64,000 bases of DNA. Source: Candidatus Eiseniibacteriota bacterium (GTDB lineage: Bacteria > Orphanbacterota > Orphanbacteria > Orphanbacterales > Orphanbacteraceae). Below the pieces are notes generated by a model, which did not search any database, was not told the DNA's origin, and saw only the letters and a list, made by a program, of their open reading frames with translations. Where the stretch lies: NCBI GenBank assembly GCA_043809585.1, contig JBDROZ010000023.1, forward strand, positions 1-64,000, read 5' to 3'. The position numbers and the translations under genes were made by a program. Positions 61,582 through 64,000 of this stretch are shown here, piece by piece. Position 1 is the first letter of the stretch; the number at the start of each line of letters is the position of its first letter.

Positions 61582-63008
61582 TGTACGTCGCCCTCCTCTT
61601 CAGCGCCCGCCGCGCGGGCGATCCCTTCGGCCACCAGGGGAATCTCCTCCGGGAAGAGCGTGCGCGGATCGACGAGCACCCGGTCGTTCTTCACCCGCAC
61701 GATCACGGGGGGATCGTTCCGCCGGAGCCGGGCGGCCATCTCGTCGGGAGAAACGGCGGCCACGGTCATCTCGACGACCCGCGTCGGGATCGGCGGCTGG
61801 CCGATCGCCCCGCCTCCCGCCTCCGATTCCCCGTCCACGATCTCCGCCTCCACACGCCCCCCGCCGAGCCGGAGGACCGCTTCCCGCAAGGCCTCGGCGT
61901 CTTTCTGGATATCATGAAGAGATCGGGAGATCAAACCCAAAACCGGGACGTTCGCCTCCACCCGATCCGGATCGAGGTAGGCGAGAAGGGTCGCCTCGAG
62001 GAGGGCGAGGGTCACCTTGTCGACCCGGACGGCCCGGAGCATGGGACATTGACGGATCCGGTCCAGCTCCGCCTTTCGGCCGAGGATGATGCCCGCCTGC
62101 ACCGATCCGAGGAGCTTGTCGCCGCTCATGGTGAGGACCGCGACGCCGGAGCGGAGTTCCTCCATCACCGTCGGCTCCCCCTTCCACCCGATCTTCACGA
62201 AGGCGCCGCTCCCGAGGTCATAAAGGACGGGGACGCCCTTCTCCGCGCCGACCCCCGCCATCTCGGCGGGAGTGACGTTCTCCGTGAAGCCCTCGAGGCG
62301 GAAGTTGGAGAGATGGGCCTTCATGAGAAGAGCGGTTTCCGGCGTAACGGCGGCCCGGTAGTCCTCCGCCCGGGTCCGGTTGGTGGTCCCCACCTCGACG
62401 AGCTTCGCCCCGCTCGCCGCCATGATGTCGGGGAGGCGGAAGCTCCCGCCGATCTCGATCAGTTCCCCCCGGGAGACGATCACCTCCCTCCCCTTCGCCA
62501 GGGCGTGGAGGGAGACGAGCACGGCGGCGGCGTTGTTGTTCGTCACGAGGGCCGCCTCGGCGCCGGTGAGACGGCGGAGGAGGCCTTCGGCGTGGACATG
62601 CCGGGAGCCCCGGGCGCCGGTCTCGAGGTCGAACTCCAGGTTCGTGTAGCGCAGGGCGAGATCCCGGGCCCGGTCGAAAGCGCCCGCCGGGAGGGGTGAG
62701 CGGCCGAGGTTGGTGTGGATCACGATTCCCGTGGCGTTGATCACCCGCCGGAGGCTCGGGCGGAGGAGCCGCTCGCTCTCGGCGACGAGGGCGGGCACGT
62801 AGGTGGCGGGCTCCCGCAGGTCCCCCTCCGAGGGGCCGCCCCCTCCCCGGAGGGCCTCGCGGGTCCTGTCCAAAACCGCCCGCACCGCTTCGACGACGAC
62901 CGGCCGGGGATAGGACTCCGTCGCCCTCCCCACTTCGGGGTCGGCGAGGAGGCGCTCCACGGAGGGGATATGGCGGAACGAGGAGGACCGGTCCGAGCCC
63001 ATGGACAT
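61578..63008 (-). CDS. selA: L-seryl-tRNA(Sec) selenium transferase
   Basis: INATGIVIHTNLGR, NNNAAA, EIGGSFR and SGDKLLG motifs. Confidence 0.95.
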   Translation of the reverse strand: MSMGSDRSSSFRHIPSVERLLADPEVGRATESYPRPVVVEAVRAVLDRTREALRGGGGPSEGDLREPATYVPALVAESERLLRPSLRRVINATGIVIHTNLGRSPLPAGAFDRARDLALRYTNLEFDLETGARGSRHVHAEGLLRRLTGAEAALVTNNNAAAVLVSLHALAKGREVIVSRGELIEIGGSFRLPDIMAASGAKLVEVGTTNRTRAEDYRAAVTPETALLMKAHLSNFRLEGFTENVTPAEMAGVGAEKGVPVLYDLGSGAFVKIGWKGEPTVMEELRSGVAVLTMSGDKLLGSVQAGIILGRKAELDRIRQCPMLRAVRVDKVTLALLEATLLAYLDPDRVEANVPVLGLISRSLHDIQKDAEALREAVLRLGGGRVEAEIVDGESEAGGGAIGQPPIPTRVVEMTVAAVSPDEMAARLRRNDPPVIVRVKNDRVLVDPRTLFPEEIPLVAEGIARAAGAEEEGDVQ

Positions 63009-63210
63009 CTCCGACCAAAGAAAGAGGAAACGAACGCCCGCCCCCGGCGGAATGGGGCGAATCTAACAGAGCCCCCGGGGCCGGTCAACCGCCATGGGGC
63101 GGGGCCGGTGGCGATACCCTCCCCCTTCCCGATGGACCGGACGAGGCCCAGATTCCGACATCTTCCATTCCGGTGTAGGTCGGACAGGCGGACGGGCTCC
63201 GTGACGAGGA

Positions 63211-63389
63211 TCGTGGGCGCAGGAGCGAGAGGCACTCTTGGACGAGCCGCTCCCGGAGGCGGGGCCCTAAGATCCTCCCCCCGGGCGCTAACACTTATCG
63301 CTCCTAACCGTCGCGATAAGTCAAAGCGCCCGACGGGCCCCGTCGAGGAAGCGGCGACGGAAAGTGAGCCTCGCAGCCTGCGAGCGCGA
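63211..63389. other. ~180-nt rod-like imperfect hairpin, ncRNA candidate
   Basis: Nested pairings gaggcact/agtgagcctc, ggcggggccc/gggccccgtc, cgggcgct/agcgcccg and acttatcgc/gcgataagt. Confidence 0.5.
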
Positions 63390-63420
63390 TCCGCAGTAGG
63401 AGAACGGCCGACTGTCCGGC

Positions 63421-63981
63421 CTACTCGTGGACATTGGAGGGAGTGATCTCTTTCTGGGCCTGGTAGCGGCCCTTCTTGTCTTTGTAGGAGACCTCGCAGT
63501 CGCTCTCCCCCTGGAGGAAGAGGAGCTGGCCGATCCCCTCGTTCGCATACACCCGGGCGGGGCGGGGGCCCGTGTTCGAGATCTCCAAGGTGGCGCACCC
63601 CTCCCACTCGGGCTCGAAGGGGGTGACGTTCACGAGGACGCCCGAGCGGGCGTAGGTCGACTTGCCGAAGCAGATCGTGATGATCCCCCGAGGGATGCGG
63701 AAGTACTCGACCGTGCGGCCGAGGATGAAGGAGTTCGGCGGGATGACGCAGACATCGCCTCGGAAATCGTCGAACGCCGTCTCGTCGAACGCCTTCGGGT
63801 CCGTCTCCCCGCCGGAGGGCCCCCGGTGGACTTTGAACTCGTCGGCGAGGCGGAAGTCGTAGCCGTAGGACGAGAGGCCGTAGGAGATGACGCCCTTCCG
63901 GGCGCCCCCCTCCGCGAAGGGCTCGATCATCTTCGCCTCGAGGGCCATCTTCCGGATCCACCGGTCGGGCATCACGGGCAT
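63421..63981 (-). CDS. dcd: dCTP deaminase
   Basis: [26 protein letters not shown] and YANEG motifs. Confidence 0.95.
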   Translation of the reverse strand: MPVMPDRWIRKMALEAKMIEPFAEGGARKGVISYGLSSYGYDFRLADEFKVHRGPSGGETDPKAFDETAFDDFRGDVCVIPPNSFILGRTVEYFRIPRGIITICFGKSTYARSGVLVNVTPFEPEWEGCATLEISNTGPRPARVYANEGIGQLLFLQGESDCEVSYKDKKGRYQAQKEITPSNVHE

Positions 63982-64000
63982 CGGTTCCTCCTCCCTTCTT

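Overview
GC-rich bacterial chromosome segment. Secreted proteins ending in 'SSWGSVKNLFR' or an FlgD/T9SS-like domain suggest an Eisenbacteria/Latescibacterota/Krumholzibacteriota-like lineage (inference). The core genes are sdhCAB, an ArsR-psrABC-yeeE sulfur locus, sodA, dinB-dnaE2, carAB, msrA, nadE, an SLC13 permease, FNR, smc/ftsY (one fused ORF here), selA and dcd. The accessory region (about 26.9-40.2 kb) is an integron: an internally deleted intI co-oriented with about 13 attC-delimited cassettes. The cassettes include a complete katG and a TIR-domain gene, and one attC is split by a decayed IS1111-type IS110 element with a candidate bridge/seekRNA region. Other highlights are a 16-bp palindromic operator in identical promoter position before dinB-dnaE2 and a small gene (candidate SOS box), a five-copy ~175-bp structured repeat, further structured intergenic elements, and several single-base frameshifts that may be assembly errors. 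All calls come from reading the sequence; no database searches were run.
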